Of a stretch of 64,000 bases of DNA, positions 51,840-64,000 are shown one piece after another. Position 1 is the stretch's first letter, and each line of letters begins with the position of its first letter. The position numbers and the translations under genes were made by a program. Source of the DNA: Paramecium tetraurelia (taxonomy: Eukaryota); the NCBI GenBank assembly GCA_000165425.1, contig CT868030.1:496001-560000 (forward strand), in the 5' to 3' direction. Under the pieces are notes generated by a model. That model was not told the DNA's origin and made no database searches. It saw nothing but the letters and a program-made list of their open reading frames with translations.

Positions 51840-52597
51840 TCAACAGCATTTTGATGCCTTTTACTCTTTTTATTTTTCAATCATTTCTTCAGTCATTTAT
51901 GATCCAATACGTACACCAATAGACTAACAATATTTTAATCTTATACCTCATTTGTAGCATCAATGTCTCTCTGCTCTATTTTTTTAAGGACAGCCTCAGC
52001 AGCTTCTTAGAATATCTAATATATATTGTGTGATAGACAATACTTTATCAACTTGAAATCCTGTTTTTGCAGATGCCTCAACAAAAATCAAATCATGCTT
52101 TTTGGCGAATGTTTGTCCTTCCTCAGCTGATATCACTCTCCTAATTGTGTTTTCATATAAGTTTACTTGTCTGATAAATCAGTTTTATTAGCAACCAACA
52201 CTAGTGTGATTTTATCGTTTGCATAGCTTTTTGTTTCTTCCATCCATCTACTGATATTCTCAAAACTGTCTCTGCTAGTCACATCATACACAATTAATGC
52301 GCAGATTGATCCTCTATAATATGATCTAGTAATTGATTTAAAACTCTCTTGTCCAGCCTAAAATATTTAAATTAGTTGATACAGTATCCCAAATTTATAG
52401 TTTTATGTTCTTTTACCTAATGTTCAAAGTCTTGCTTCCAAACTCAACTCCTATTGTAGTATCATGATCCAACTTAAACTTCCTATCCAAAAATTATAAA
52501 AGCAAGCATGATTTTCCAACACCTAAACTCTTTTAGAATTATAATTACTTGAGTCTCCAATAATAATAAATTTAAACAAGTATGCATAAGAACTCAT
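51840..52597 (-). CDS. RAB2: Rab2-like small GTPase
   Basis: [61 protein letters not shown], C-terminal CC; several tiny introns. Confidence 0.93.
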
Positions 52598-52725
52598 CAG
52601 AATAAAAAATATATTTATATTAATATTAAAATCATATCAATAATTTATATTACAATTTAAACGCTGAATTCATAGAAAATATAGAAAAATATAATCATTA
52701 AGATAAATCTTCTTATCAATTCTAT

Positions 52726-53469
52726 TCAACAACAGGAGTTTCGATTAATTTTTTTCTTCACCTCCTGAATAACAACCTATTTTTTTAAACTTCGAATTCC
52801 CATCAATTCATCTAATTTACCACTTGCTTTTTATTTTTTTACAAAATCCAATATCTCTTCAGTAAATTTGGTGATAATAGTGTTAATGCTCTAATAGTTC
52901 TCATCTTGAATCAACGAAAGCACACTACTTGAAGTTTGAGAATACTGCATTTGATGAGTGGCTGCAAATTGCTCCCCTTCCTCATACTGTATGTAATGCC
53001 TTGCATAAATAAATAAGAATTATCTTTACCTGTCATTTCCGCCATCCTTCCCTTCTCCCAAATCATCGTAAACCAATTTGTCACTTTTATTACCTACCAG
53101 TCTAATTAATATTTTCTCTTGATCAACATACTATTGGATTTCTTCGTACCACTTTTTCAGATTCTCATAACTATCTCTGCTGGAAAGATCAAAAATTAAA
53201 ATTATTCCAACACAAGTTCTGTAATGAACCCATGCCATCGAACGGAATGGTTCCTTACCAGACTTTAATTCATAATATATCATTACAATATCAATCAGTT
53301 TTAATTAAACCAACTTTTCTCCTACCAAAATTTCCTATTGATGAACAGCAATTTTATCATTATGGCGTTGTACAAATTGATTAGTCATAAACATAGATAG
53401 AAATGTTGATTTTCCAACTCCAGTATCCCCTATTATCGCTATGCTTAGCTCCCATTCGCTTGATAACAT
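52726..53469 (-). CDS. Divergent Rab-family GTPase
   Basis: GDTGVGKST, DISGKEPFRSM, HYR, IFDLS, GNKSD, QTSS, C-terminal CC; two tiny introns. Confidence 0.88.
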
Positions 53470-54358
53470 TCAGAAGAATTTTCTTTTATTGATAAATAAT
53501 TAACATTTATAATTAGAATCTGAATTCAGTTAATTATATTCATTTTTATCCTTTTATCAGACCACTTAAAGTATCTTTTCTTTTTCATTATGTCGTAAAA
53601 TTTAAGAATTTTCATTTCAAAATTGTAATTAGTCTGCCAATATCTAAAATTAGTTCTATATTTTATTGTTTTTATTCGTTAAAATAATAAATATTTATGA
53701 AACAACTACAATATCTTCTTTTTATTTTGTTTTTAATTTTATCTAAAATCTATTTTTAAAATATAATAACAATGATTTGATTTACAGATTCATTTTATCA
53801 ATAATAAATATTAGTAAGAGTCGGAATTGTATCCTAACAGACTTAAATTAAATTCAGAGTGACTTTTTATCTTTTTTTTTAAAATCCTTTTTTGATATTT
53901 AATGGCAATAAATTATTTCTGATTGTTAGTGTTAACTTTTAAATTCAAGTTATCAACTAGTTGGATTTTTGTTCAATTATATTTAATGAGCTAATTTAAA
54001 AATTTTTCTCCTTTTTCAACGGTATTATAAAGGTATTTCAGCTTATTAGTATCAATTAGCCATTTTCTATTTGTGATTATTTGAGTTAAATTCTAATATT
54101 ACTCTAATCTAGGCTAATATATCTAAAAGCCATTATTTTTAATTAGTAATTTATATTTTAGATTGGTCACATTGAATTCATATTCTGTTAATGCATAGTG
54201 AGATAAATCTCAAAATAGTAAAAATATCACCAAGTAATAATAAGAAATAAAAGTGAATACAATGTCATTTATTTTTAAGGAAAATAAAAAATTTGTTATT
54301 ATTTTAAAATAATTTAGTTATGCTTTTTATACTAACAACTTTCATAAATTTAAATTAT

Positions 54359-55332
54359 ATGTTTAAAATAAAGAGACTCTAAAATTCTTTCGAGAAAAAG
54401 CTACTTTAGTTCTTTATCAACTGGAAAAAAAGCACTTAAAATTTCAAATATTGGAAATCGAATTTAAGCTTTATGTATAAATGTAATTTTGGATTTTTTA
54501 GATAATACAGTTATGACAAAGACTAAGAAGAAACAAGAAATCTGCTTGTTTAATAGGAATTGTAAATCTTATAATCAATATGCAAATTCAAAATGTTGAA
54601 TCATAATAAATGTGATTAGGAGGATTAGCAAAGAAACTATTCAATCTTGTAATCTTAAGTCTAACAATTTACCACTTGTATTATTCAAATTCATATTAGT
54701 GGTGTTACAGGGAGAATTAAGAGATAAAATTAATTTTAATAACCGAAGATCTGAACTTCTAATGGAAATATATTCTGCATTGGAGGAAGTTTAAGCTAGT
54801 TCTAATATGATCTTCTTAGAATATAAGTTCTAGCAATTGGAAGTATAATAATATTAACAATAGATATTAGGTTTAGTTAAAGGATAGTTGAGCAATTAAT
54901 ATATTGATCAAATTTGTAAATTGTATCATCACAAAGAATTTTTGTTTGCTTTGGAACAAACTTATAATGAAATGCTGAAATAGAGAATCTTCAATAGTAA
55001 CTTTTAAAAAATAGCAAAATGCTTATACATAATACAACCAAATTGCTAGCTATATGAAATAATTAGAGATTTGAACGAAAAGAGTGATGATGAATAAATT
55101 GAAAAGACTGTAAAATTTTAATCTTATTTTTTAGTTCCATTTAAAGGCTATAGAAATAGCAATTAAGGAAGAATATCAGCATTCATTAAAGTTTCATTTA
55201 GAATAATGTTTATATCATAGTTGGAGTTAAGAACAAAAAGATCTGTTAATAGAAAGTTGTTTAAAGTTGTCTAAGCAATTCTAGGAAAGAGATCAATTAT
55301 ATTAAGTACTTTAGGATATGAAATAGTGGTGA
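54359..55332 (+). CDS. Hypothetical helical protein
   Basis: Continuous code-6 frame after removing two tiny introns (near 54680 and 55110); ends ...LQDMKQW*. Confidence 0.6.
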
Positions 55333-55368
55333 TTTACTTAAATTTCATACTATATATTAAATTTAATT

Positions 55369-56130
55369 ATGATAAAATTCAGATATAATTTATCAAATTT
55401 TTTAGCTTTTTCAAGATGCTAACCCTTTCAGTTTATAAATTAATCAAAATATGGATTTTCTAATGGAGAAAAAGAAAAAGGAGAATTTGCAGAAAAAGAA
55501 TAAACAAACTTAGAAAAGCAAAAGACCTCAAAAAAATAAGGGTATGTTGCCAAAATGAGGGAGGAAGTTATTACAAATGCAATTGTAGCATCTTTGAAAG
55601 AGAAAAGTAAGATGAAGGCAAAAGAAGAATACAGAGCAGCCATTTTATTTGAAGAAATTCTAAATAGAGAAGTCGATATTAATTTATATGACACTAAGGG
55701 TAGAGCTTATTTAATCTCTACATTATGGAACATTTTTTGGGTGGCCTTTGCTGGTTTGGGATTGTATACTGTATTCAGGGATGAGTAATGGTATAAAAAT
55801 AACATGGAAATCTTCAAAGTTGCCATAACCACAGGATTCATATTCACTAGACTTGTAAAATAGAGATAGTTTTATAAATATTAAGTAGAAAAAGTGATTT
55901 ATAATACTAAGTCTAAATAATTTACAATAACAAAAAGAAACATTATTGGAATTAAGAAGGATTAGGTAATGCAAAAAGATCATATACTATATACATCAGA
56001 CAAAGACTTAAATTTCAAAAAGATAAACTATATCAACATCAATACTTTGGAATGCTATGGAATTGGGTTTGATTACGCATGGTTGAAGAAAGATTTGTTT
56101 TCTCATTTGATTTAGTAAAATATATCTTGA
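55369..56130 (+). CDS. Two-TM protein with mitochondrial-type presequence (TMEM70/186/223-like layout)
   Basis: Intronless 253 aa; MIKFRYNLSNFLAFSRC presequence-like start; hairpin LWNIFWVAFAGLGLYTVF / IFKVAITTGFIF followed by VEKVIYN...FTITKRNIIG. Confidence 0.65.
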
Positions 56131-56251
56131 AATATTATATTAAATTGATTAATAATTGAATTTGAATATCTTGGAATTGTTTAAATATATTTTGATTATT
56201 TTAATCATAATTAAATAAGACCAACATTTTAAATTATTAAAATAGATAATT

Positions 56252-57724
56252 ATGAACAAATATAGTTTAATATTTTTAGATAAAGAATCCGAAAGAAAAT
56301 ATTAAGAGTAGAAAATGAATTAACTCAGAAAACCAGTCTATGTATGGAGTGCTATCGGACTGTTTTTCATCAGCCTGGTAAAGATGATCACAGAAATACT
56401 GAATAACGAGTTGAATCAATTAAGCATTTTAGTTATCACTTAAATTTATCTCATCTTGTCTATATTCATAGTAAAGTGGAAACCTTCATCAGTATAATGG
56501 TGTTTGATGATTTTAAATTACTTATTACTTGCCTACTAATATATGCTAACTAGCACAGTCTCACAAGAGGCGATTCCATTATTTGCTAATAATTTTGTTG
56601 CTTGTAACTTTGTTATCATTCTGGCTGTTGATATGTGTTAAGGGATATTCCTGGTAACTACTACAATGCTAATACGATTGATTTTGGCAATATGTGAAAC
56701 TAAAACCCCATAATATAATGTATATTTTGCAACAATTATACTAATTTGCTTTTTGGGTTTTTATATTCATAAATTGAATTATGAGAGTCGCAGCTTTTTT
56801 TTATTGAGTTTGAAAGATAATTTAATGGAATAAATTTTGCCAATTATTGTAAATAAGTCATATATATTATTTCAATTTGAAAGCAGCTAATTAAGATTTT
56901 CATTAATTTCATCACGATAATTAGAATTTAATTGTGAGAATTCAGAGAGTTTGAAATAATTTTTAAGAGAATGGCATTATAAATAGTAAAATCTCGAATA
57001 GATTTGTTTCTAAGACATTGTACGTAAGTAATCTTCAGAAATTAAATCTTATAGTAAATAAATTGAAATAAGAAAAGGTTCTAAATAAAAATAAAATATA
57101 ACAATTTGTTTCTTTAGTTATTAATAGCCAACATTCCTAATAAAATTTGACAATAATTCTTAAGTTTAAGATAAATTAAAAAAGTATTTATTTAATGCAA
57201 TTGAGAAAGAGAGATTAGTATAATTTAAGATTTTCAAATGTGTAGTAAATAATTTGTCTATTTCATTAAAATCAAACAATTTGAATCAATTACATTTGTT
57301 AAGGATTTATTGTTTCAAATAAATTCTAAATTACAAAATACTCAATCATTAGTTTAAATAATAAGATTTTGAAATAGAACCAATTTTGTTAAAGCTCAAG
57401 GAGTTTTTCCAATTCAAATCGATTAGTTATCAAATTATTCCATCATCTGAGGGGAAGGTATAAATGGTGAGAACCTATTTTGTGAGACTAATTTACGATA
57501 TTTTTAGTGAATGCAAAAAAGGTTCTTCTATAGTAATCAATCTGGAGCATCCTTCAGAACCATATATACGATATTATGGAAAAGAGATTAATGAATTTGC
57601 AGATACGGCTATTTAAATAGCAGTTAGAACTCTAGTTAAGAGAAAATAGAAGTTGAAAATTGGAAACAAAACAACTATTCTAATTTTATTGAATGAAGAA
57701 CCAAACTACCCATTCTACTCATGA
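56252..57724 (+). CDS. Multi-TM protein with degenerate histidine-kinase/HATPase-like C-terminus
   Basis: Starts MNKYSLIFLDKESERKYQ; about 6 hydrophobic helices; same layout as 45768-47324; FEIEPILLKLKEFF...YFVRLIYDIF. Confidence 0.55.
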
Positions 57725-57774
57725 CTTTAAAATTGATATTATTATTTTTATTTAATTAGAATATAAATATCAAA

Positions 57775-58558
57775 TCAATATTCTGAAATAGCTCTCTTCC
57801 TCTTTTGCTATTCAAGTGATTGTAGAATTTAATTTCGAGCAATCTTCAGATTTAATTCATTCTAATACTTAATGGGAGTATCAAACAGAGTAGTCAACGT
57901 ATTATCTGTCTGATTAAGTAAATTTGGCTTTTGTTTTGAAGTCCTATAGGTTTTTTATTTACTATAATCGGAGTAAGTTGGTTTTTAAAGGAAATATTCA
58001 TATTGATTACCTCTTTTTTAGAGGAGTTGTGCATTTTTGAATTGTTCAAACATTCCTGTTTTAAGTTTAAAGGAGTCTTTAGAGTAGAGAGTATAATTTT
58101 CTTAGAAAGCACACTTTTAATCTAAATATCTGCCATTATGTTCGAGCTCATAGGATCTATTAGAGATTTTATCGTTGAATCTAGATTTGGTTGATTTGAG
58201 TCTGATGATACGATCTTCCGATTCTTAAATGGACTCATTGACTTTTTTGTCTTATAACAAGCTCAAATTGGGTCTTAAGGTCATTTAAAGATCATGTTAG
58301 AGGTTAACAGCTTTACCATACCATTTAATCCTTTTATATTGCAAGTCTTAAGTCTTTAGATGAATAAAGGTTACCTTATTGGGTGGCAGAATCTTATGGT
58401 TTAACAAAGAGGATATCCTCGACTTTGATGTGCTTAAATTAGAATTCCTTTGGTGAATCAACACTGATGGCCATTTATCGATTCACATGTCTTTCTCTAT
58501 TAATGGAAGGTTTTGGAGTTTCATCTCGAGTAAATGATAAAATATTAGGTTTGCGCAT
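57775..58558 (-). CDS. Hypothetical low-complexity basic protein
   Basis: MRKPNILSFTRDETPKPS... to ...RGRELFQKY*; intron structure not fully resolved. Confidence 0.55.
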
Positions 58559-58584
58559 AACTGATTAATTTATATTATAAAATA

Positions 58585-60229
58585 ATGCAATCGAGAGGTC
58601 TGTCAACCCCTGGAAAACCAAAACAAGAAGTGCTTCAAATCGTCTTCGATCTTGGAGAAAAGAAACATGTATACAAATGTATATAAGATTTAAGGAAACA
58701 TTGCATGTATATGATGATTCTGATATAACTATGATTGCAAAGGAATTTGTTAGCAAACATTAGTTAAGAGAGGAGGCAACTATTTTAATAGAATAAACTA
58801 TCATCAGCAATCTGCAGGACAGCCATTGTTCAAAATAGAGCATTTTCGATCGATTACATAATGAAGCTGCCGTTAAGACCCAGAAAAAACATTAATAATT
58901 TATCACCAACAGTCTATCTTAAACTTTCAGTCCTCAAAAAACATTACCATACAATCCAGGAGAATAGTTATATTAAAGATCAAGGCAAAGTCGAGTTTTA
59001 GAGCCTAAATAAGATGTTTTATATTCCTTCAAACCATATATAAGTGAGAAAAGCTTGGCTTTGGCTAAAAGACCGAATATGCCCACATCAGAATATTTGA
59101 TTATGCAAGGCAAACAGATGGCATACAGAAAAGAACAATTAAGAAGTAGCAGAATGGCTGCATAGAATTAGTAATGCTCATTTTAACCTACTATCAACCC
59201 CATGTAAAATTACTATAACAATTTTGATTAGAAGTCAAAAGATTTCTCAAGAAAAGGAAAGAAACTATTCGAGTGCTCAAAAAAGTCAGATACATGATCG
59301 ATTATATTAATAAGGCATAAACTCGATGAAGAAAAAGAAAGAGGCTAGCCAAATGATCAATTAATCAAAAATGACTTCTCCTTTAAAAAGCAAACCTTCG
59401 GATATTCCATTTCTAGAAAGAATGCAAATTTCTATCTAGAAAAGATAAAAAAAATTAGAAGAAACTGTAATGACTGAAGAACCTACACATGATCTGTCAA
59501 CCGGTTAAAAATTATATCATCCTATAATTGGAAGACCACCTACAAATGAGGTATTCATTTATTAATTTCATAGCGAAATAACACTAATCTTCCAATAGGT
59601 GACTATTTATTTCAAATGAGAACTGTCCATGAAGATCATCATAATTACTTAGTTGAATAGGAAAGATAATCTATTATGAATTCCATGGCAAAGTCTTCAG
59701 AAAAATCAAGTTTGATTTATGAGGATAAGAAGAGGAAAGTCTTAGAAGAGATATTCTCTTTACTTGATTCAGACGGAGATGGGTAAATTTCAGCATCTTC
59801 TATTGAAATATCTGGAATTTAATAAGAAATTTTATAAATTTTGGCACCACTCTTATGCGAAATGGAATCGATTTAGGCTCAATTAGATCTAGAATCATTT
59901 ATAGAAGCAGCTAATAGATTGATATAATCTTTAAATGTTTCAGATAAAAATAAATTAATCAATGGATTAAGATAAAAAAAAATAGTAGATCTCGATTAAT
60001 GTACTTTCTAAGTAAGAATTCATTTATACCAAGCCTAAATTATGCAAGCACTCAATGAAAATAGTTAAATCGGGTCCAAAATTACAATAGAATGTAATCA
60101 ACGATTATTTAATTTTAGAAACTTGAGTTAGTGAAACAAGAATAAGAATAAAAAGTAATGTAAGAATGCACATTTAAACCTCAATTATATAATCCACTTA
60201 AAATTTACGATTTTATGCTTAATCAATGA
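58585..60229 (+). CDS. EF-hand protein with repeated (C)xF(K/Q)PxI motifs, probably cytoskeletal
   Basis: EF-hand FSLLDSDGDGQISASSI; repeats YSFKPQI, CSFQPTIN, CTFQPKL, CTFKPQL; HFDRLH and IHDRLY motifs; several tiny introns. Confidence 0.75.
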
Positions 60230-62655
60230 AAAATCCTGAGTTTTTGTTATAAATTATATGTGTAATATAACTAAAAATAGAAATGGCTCTACTTTAGATT
60301 TTTCTGATATTCTAATGATATTAAAATGATAGTAGGAAATCTTGACTTAAAATATTACCTAATTAATTTTAAGAAACTCAGAAAATTCTTCAAATTTTCT
60401 TTATATTAAATTTCTTTTTCTTTTAGCTAGGCTTAGAAGATTCAATTCTTATCTCGGAATCAAGTACTCTGAATTGGTACATATTCAGCAGTAGTGAGGC
60501 AAAATGGGATCTTAATGCAATATTTAAAAAAGGAGTTCAAGCTGTGTTAAATGACTTAATTGTATTGTAACAATTATTTTACAAACAAAATTAAAGAAAT
60601 TGAATCAATTCCATGATGATAGTTAAAAATATAGTACAATTGAATCCAAATGATATTTTATTGTTATATAATCTTGATTTAATTAAAATCATTTTAGATA
60701 AATAAATAAAATATTGTTTGAAATGGGCACTTGCTAAACGAATAAAAGAAAATTAAATAGTTAAAATACCACCATGACTCCTGTGAGTTAATTTTCAAAT
60801 AAAATAATTTCATATTCACAGAATTGGAATGATACAAAATCACAACCAAAACTCGTCCACAAAAGACCCTCTAATATAGAATATAGTGAATATGATCCAA
60901 CAAGTATCTAGCTTTATTAACTTTAGATCCGCATAGACAGTTTAATGTACTGATAAATGGAGTTCATTTTGAAGTCATAAATTCAGTTGAAGAAGACATT
61001 TTGGGATAACTCGATTGATTCAATTTTTAATGATATATGTTTTATGTCAATCAATTTTTCATACATTTACAAATCATCGCTATTATTCAGTTAAATGAGC
61101 TTCTCTTCAATTACTCAAAGGCTCTTTTTTTTTCCTAAATTAGAAAAAGACCTCTTAAATTTAAAAATGAATAAAAATATTAACAACTATTATTGTTTGT
61201 TTATAAATCATGAATTGTAAAAGTTTACTCACTGATAAAACTATTGTAATCGGTAACCAAAGATGGCAAGTTACGGAAAATGAGAATACAACATTACTGT
61301 TCAAATTAATAATATAAAAATAGTGGTTTTTATTTTCATTCAACTTAAATTTGTTACTTTCCTATTAATGTTTCAGTCTAATTCTTTTTTTTAATTATCT
61401 ATTATTTGCAATTTCTAGATCTCGTGACTAATGTAATAGACTTCAATTAATAAATTTATTTTTATAAATCATTTCGTGCTGTTTAATTTTATATTATGTT
61501 AATTCAAATTTAATCAATAATAAAAATCTTTTTATAATTCCTTATTAAATGCTGAAATATTCCAACACACGTCTTTTTTTCAATATATGAGGAGTCCCAA
61601 ATGATAGAAAGTAAATTTTAAACCTGTTGCTTTTTTGTTGAAAAAATTGCTATTAATGAATCGACTAATTGATTCCTATACTTTTTCTGAAAAATATTAA
61701 TAATAATTCATTAATTATTGCTAAAGAATATTTTTTCTATCCTGAAATTTTGATTATTTATAGAAGTTATATTTAATTTCCTAATGTAAGCCAACATTAC
61801 TGAAAGCAATTAGTTATGTTATAAGAATTCAGAAGTTGTCTAATGGTCATAAGAATATTTATAAAACCACAAATATTAGCCTAAACCCCATTTAACTTTA
61901 CTAAATGAAGAATTAGAGGTTTAATATTATAAATGAGCAATTTAAGGATCCTAAAATTACTCTATTACAATCTTAGAACCACTACTTATTCATTAAGTCT
62001 AAAAATAGTACAATTTAAAAAAGGCAGGAAATGAACACTTTTTAATAAAAATTATTGATTACATCTTGAAGACCAAGTAGATTGAATCAATTTCAGATTT
62101 ATTTTGATTACAACTCCATTATCTATTTTATGTATTTACGTTTTTTCTTGAATAAAACAAACTTCTATAATTAAATTCGTTGATTAACTAATCATTAAAT
62201 TTTTGCTATTCGTTTCTCTCCGGAATACTTCTAGCTTTTCCGAGGAAGGAAGGTGATTACGTAATTTCAATAATTATGAAAAATTAGTATAAATAAAATT
62301 TATAATTTGTAAATGGAATGTTGGTTTGAAATTACCAATAGGTAATTGACGAAAACCATAAGAAAGTAGATAAAATAGGAGTATAAATAGTAATATATTA
62401 AAATAAATGAAAAATTGGTTGATTCCGAGGCTTAGGAATAATGAGAGAAATGTTTTAAATCTCTTTTTTGTAATTGGTAAGTTTTTATGCCAAATATTGG
62501 AATGGGAATGTGATAAATCGTAAGATAGATTAATGATTGCAAAAAATGCTGATGTAATAGCAGAATTATTGACATGATTGTGTAAGCATCAAATAAAATA
62601 TTCAGAGTTATTATGAATATTTATAGAGAGATGATTTTGATATTATTAAAAATTA

Positions 62656-63547
62656 ATGATTCCTAAAGTTGTTGGTTATGCAGCATTTTAATCGTATGGA
62701 GATCTGCCATACCCATCTCTTAAAGCTGGCAAAAGGACATTAGACTCTAATGAAGTATGGGAGCAAAGTAAGTTTGATTACCACATTAACTTAGCTGTTA
62801 GAAATGAAGACAAAGAGAGCTTTTATAAGAATTCCAACTATCATTATTCAAACAAATAAGTTTCACTTGATTCTACTGTATAACCTCCGCATTATAAGAA
62901 TGTATATAAGGCCAATAAAGTAAGGAAATAATCCTCTATATTATTTATAGGCACAATTGGAGAGTGCAACTTCTAGCAATTTTTTCTAAAAAACAGGGAA
63001 TTCAGCAATAACTCCAGAGAATCCTCTACTCAAGACTGGTTGTGAACATTGGAAATCTACATATTAAGCATCGATTGTGGATCCATATGCAAAAAATAGA
63101 GCAATCCCTCCTGAATGGAGTTAAAATAGACCTCCATATGTGGTGGAAACGTATATTGTATAGAAAATTATGATAGGAAAGTTGGACCATCTGAATATAA
63201 GAAATAATATGGGTAAATAGGAGAGAATCCAAGAGAGAGATTAAATTAATTAGATGAAACTCATCCAAGAACATTTGATGAATTGAGACTAGGAACTTCA
63301 TAAGAAGCATAGCATGTGCCTGGATATACAGGATTCATACCCTCAATTATTACTAATTCAAAAGCTATTGAACATGGAAGTGGAACTGAACCAAGAACAG
63401 ATTTCATGAAAACTAATTTAAAAGAGAATTAGTATAATAATTCATTATAATAATAGTCATACTAAAATACCAGGATATGCTGGACATGTTCCAAGATCTG
63501 TAGTCAATCAAAGAGACTAGCCAAGATAATCCTGTTTTAGCAATTGA
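62656..63547 (+). CDS. PYG-repeat ciliary microtubule inner protein-like (FAP129-like)
   Basis: LGTSQEAQHVPGYTGFIP and NYHTKIPGYAGHVP repeats, plus N-terminal PKVVGYAAF; three tiny introns. Confidence 0.7.
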
Positions 63548-63825
63548 TACAGATTCATTTATTATTAATAATTAATATATTTTATATAATAGATGTGGGT
63601 GTTTCCAATGTTCTCTATTCACTTTAGAATGATAATCTATAAATATATGAATTAAATTAACTCAATTCTCAAATGTGCTTAGTTATCTTGTTTTTTATGA
63701 ATTATAAAACTTCACTTAAGATGGACAAAGTCTTAACACATACTTAAAAATGAAATAAATTATTTTTAATCCTTGACTAATGAAAGAATTAGTATATAAA
63801 TTATTTCGATTTTGTAAAAATATTA

Positions 63826-64000
63826 ATGGATTTAGATATAGCCATCGAGGCAAGAGAGAAAGTACGTAATCCCACAATCAAATTGAATAAGAAATTAGCA
63901 ATAGCTATTGCAGTATATATATTTACTTAATAAAGACACTTACCAAATCTGAAAAGAAGCCATTCGATCAATTAGTCACTTAGGAACCTTCAAATAAATT
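63826..64000 (+). CDS. Hypothetical protein, 5' part (truncated by the window)
   Basis: ATG at 63826, MDLDIAIEAREKVRNPTIKLNKK..., after an AT-rich leader. Confidence 0.45.

Noticed and set aside
53500..54350. Long AT-rich gap as a possible ncRNA or retained IES
   Set aside because: No tRNA, snoRNA or convincing TA-bounded IES-end signature was recognisable by eye.
1..64000. Prokaryotic operon, defence system or telomeric repeats
   Set aside because: The sequence is eukaryotic, with spliceosomal introns and unrelated neighbouring genes; no C4A2/C3A3 arrays were seen.

Overview
AT-rich, gene-dense eukaryotic DNA from a ciliate macronuclear genome, most likely Paramecium. Genes read through only if TAA/TAG encode Gln and TGA is the sole stop (translation table 6). 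Introns are tiny GT-AG introns of about 20-30 nt, and intergenic gaps are often only 25-35 nt. The supplied ORF track uses the standard code, so it is mostly fragments and shadow frames; all genes below were re-translated by hand. Recognisable products: copine, SAPS/PP6 regulatory subunit, a tiny very basic H1-like protein, TraB-like protein, RNase H2 subunit C, hormone-sensitive-lipase-type esterase, casein kinase 1, a 7.8-kb polycystin-1-like REJ/GPS receptor, an RPA34-like protein, a tandem-HTH protein, phytanoyl-CoA dioxygenase, a RAP-domain protein, DBR1, an OSCA/TMEM63-like channel, a CNBD K+ channel, a USP, two degenerate histidine-kinase-like membrane proteins, a P-type IIC ATPase with several frameshifts, two tandem Rabs, and two likely ciliary microtubule-associated proteins. 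I saw no rRNA, tRNA, CRISPR array, telomere or intact transposon. I found no multi-gene novel system; the interesting signals are at the level of single genes.
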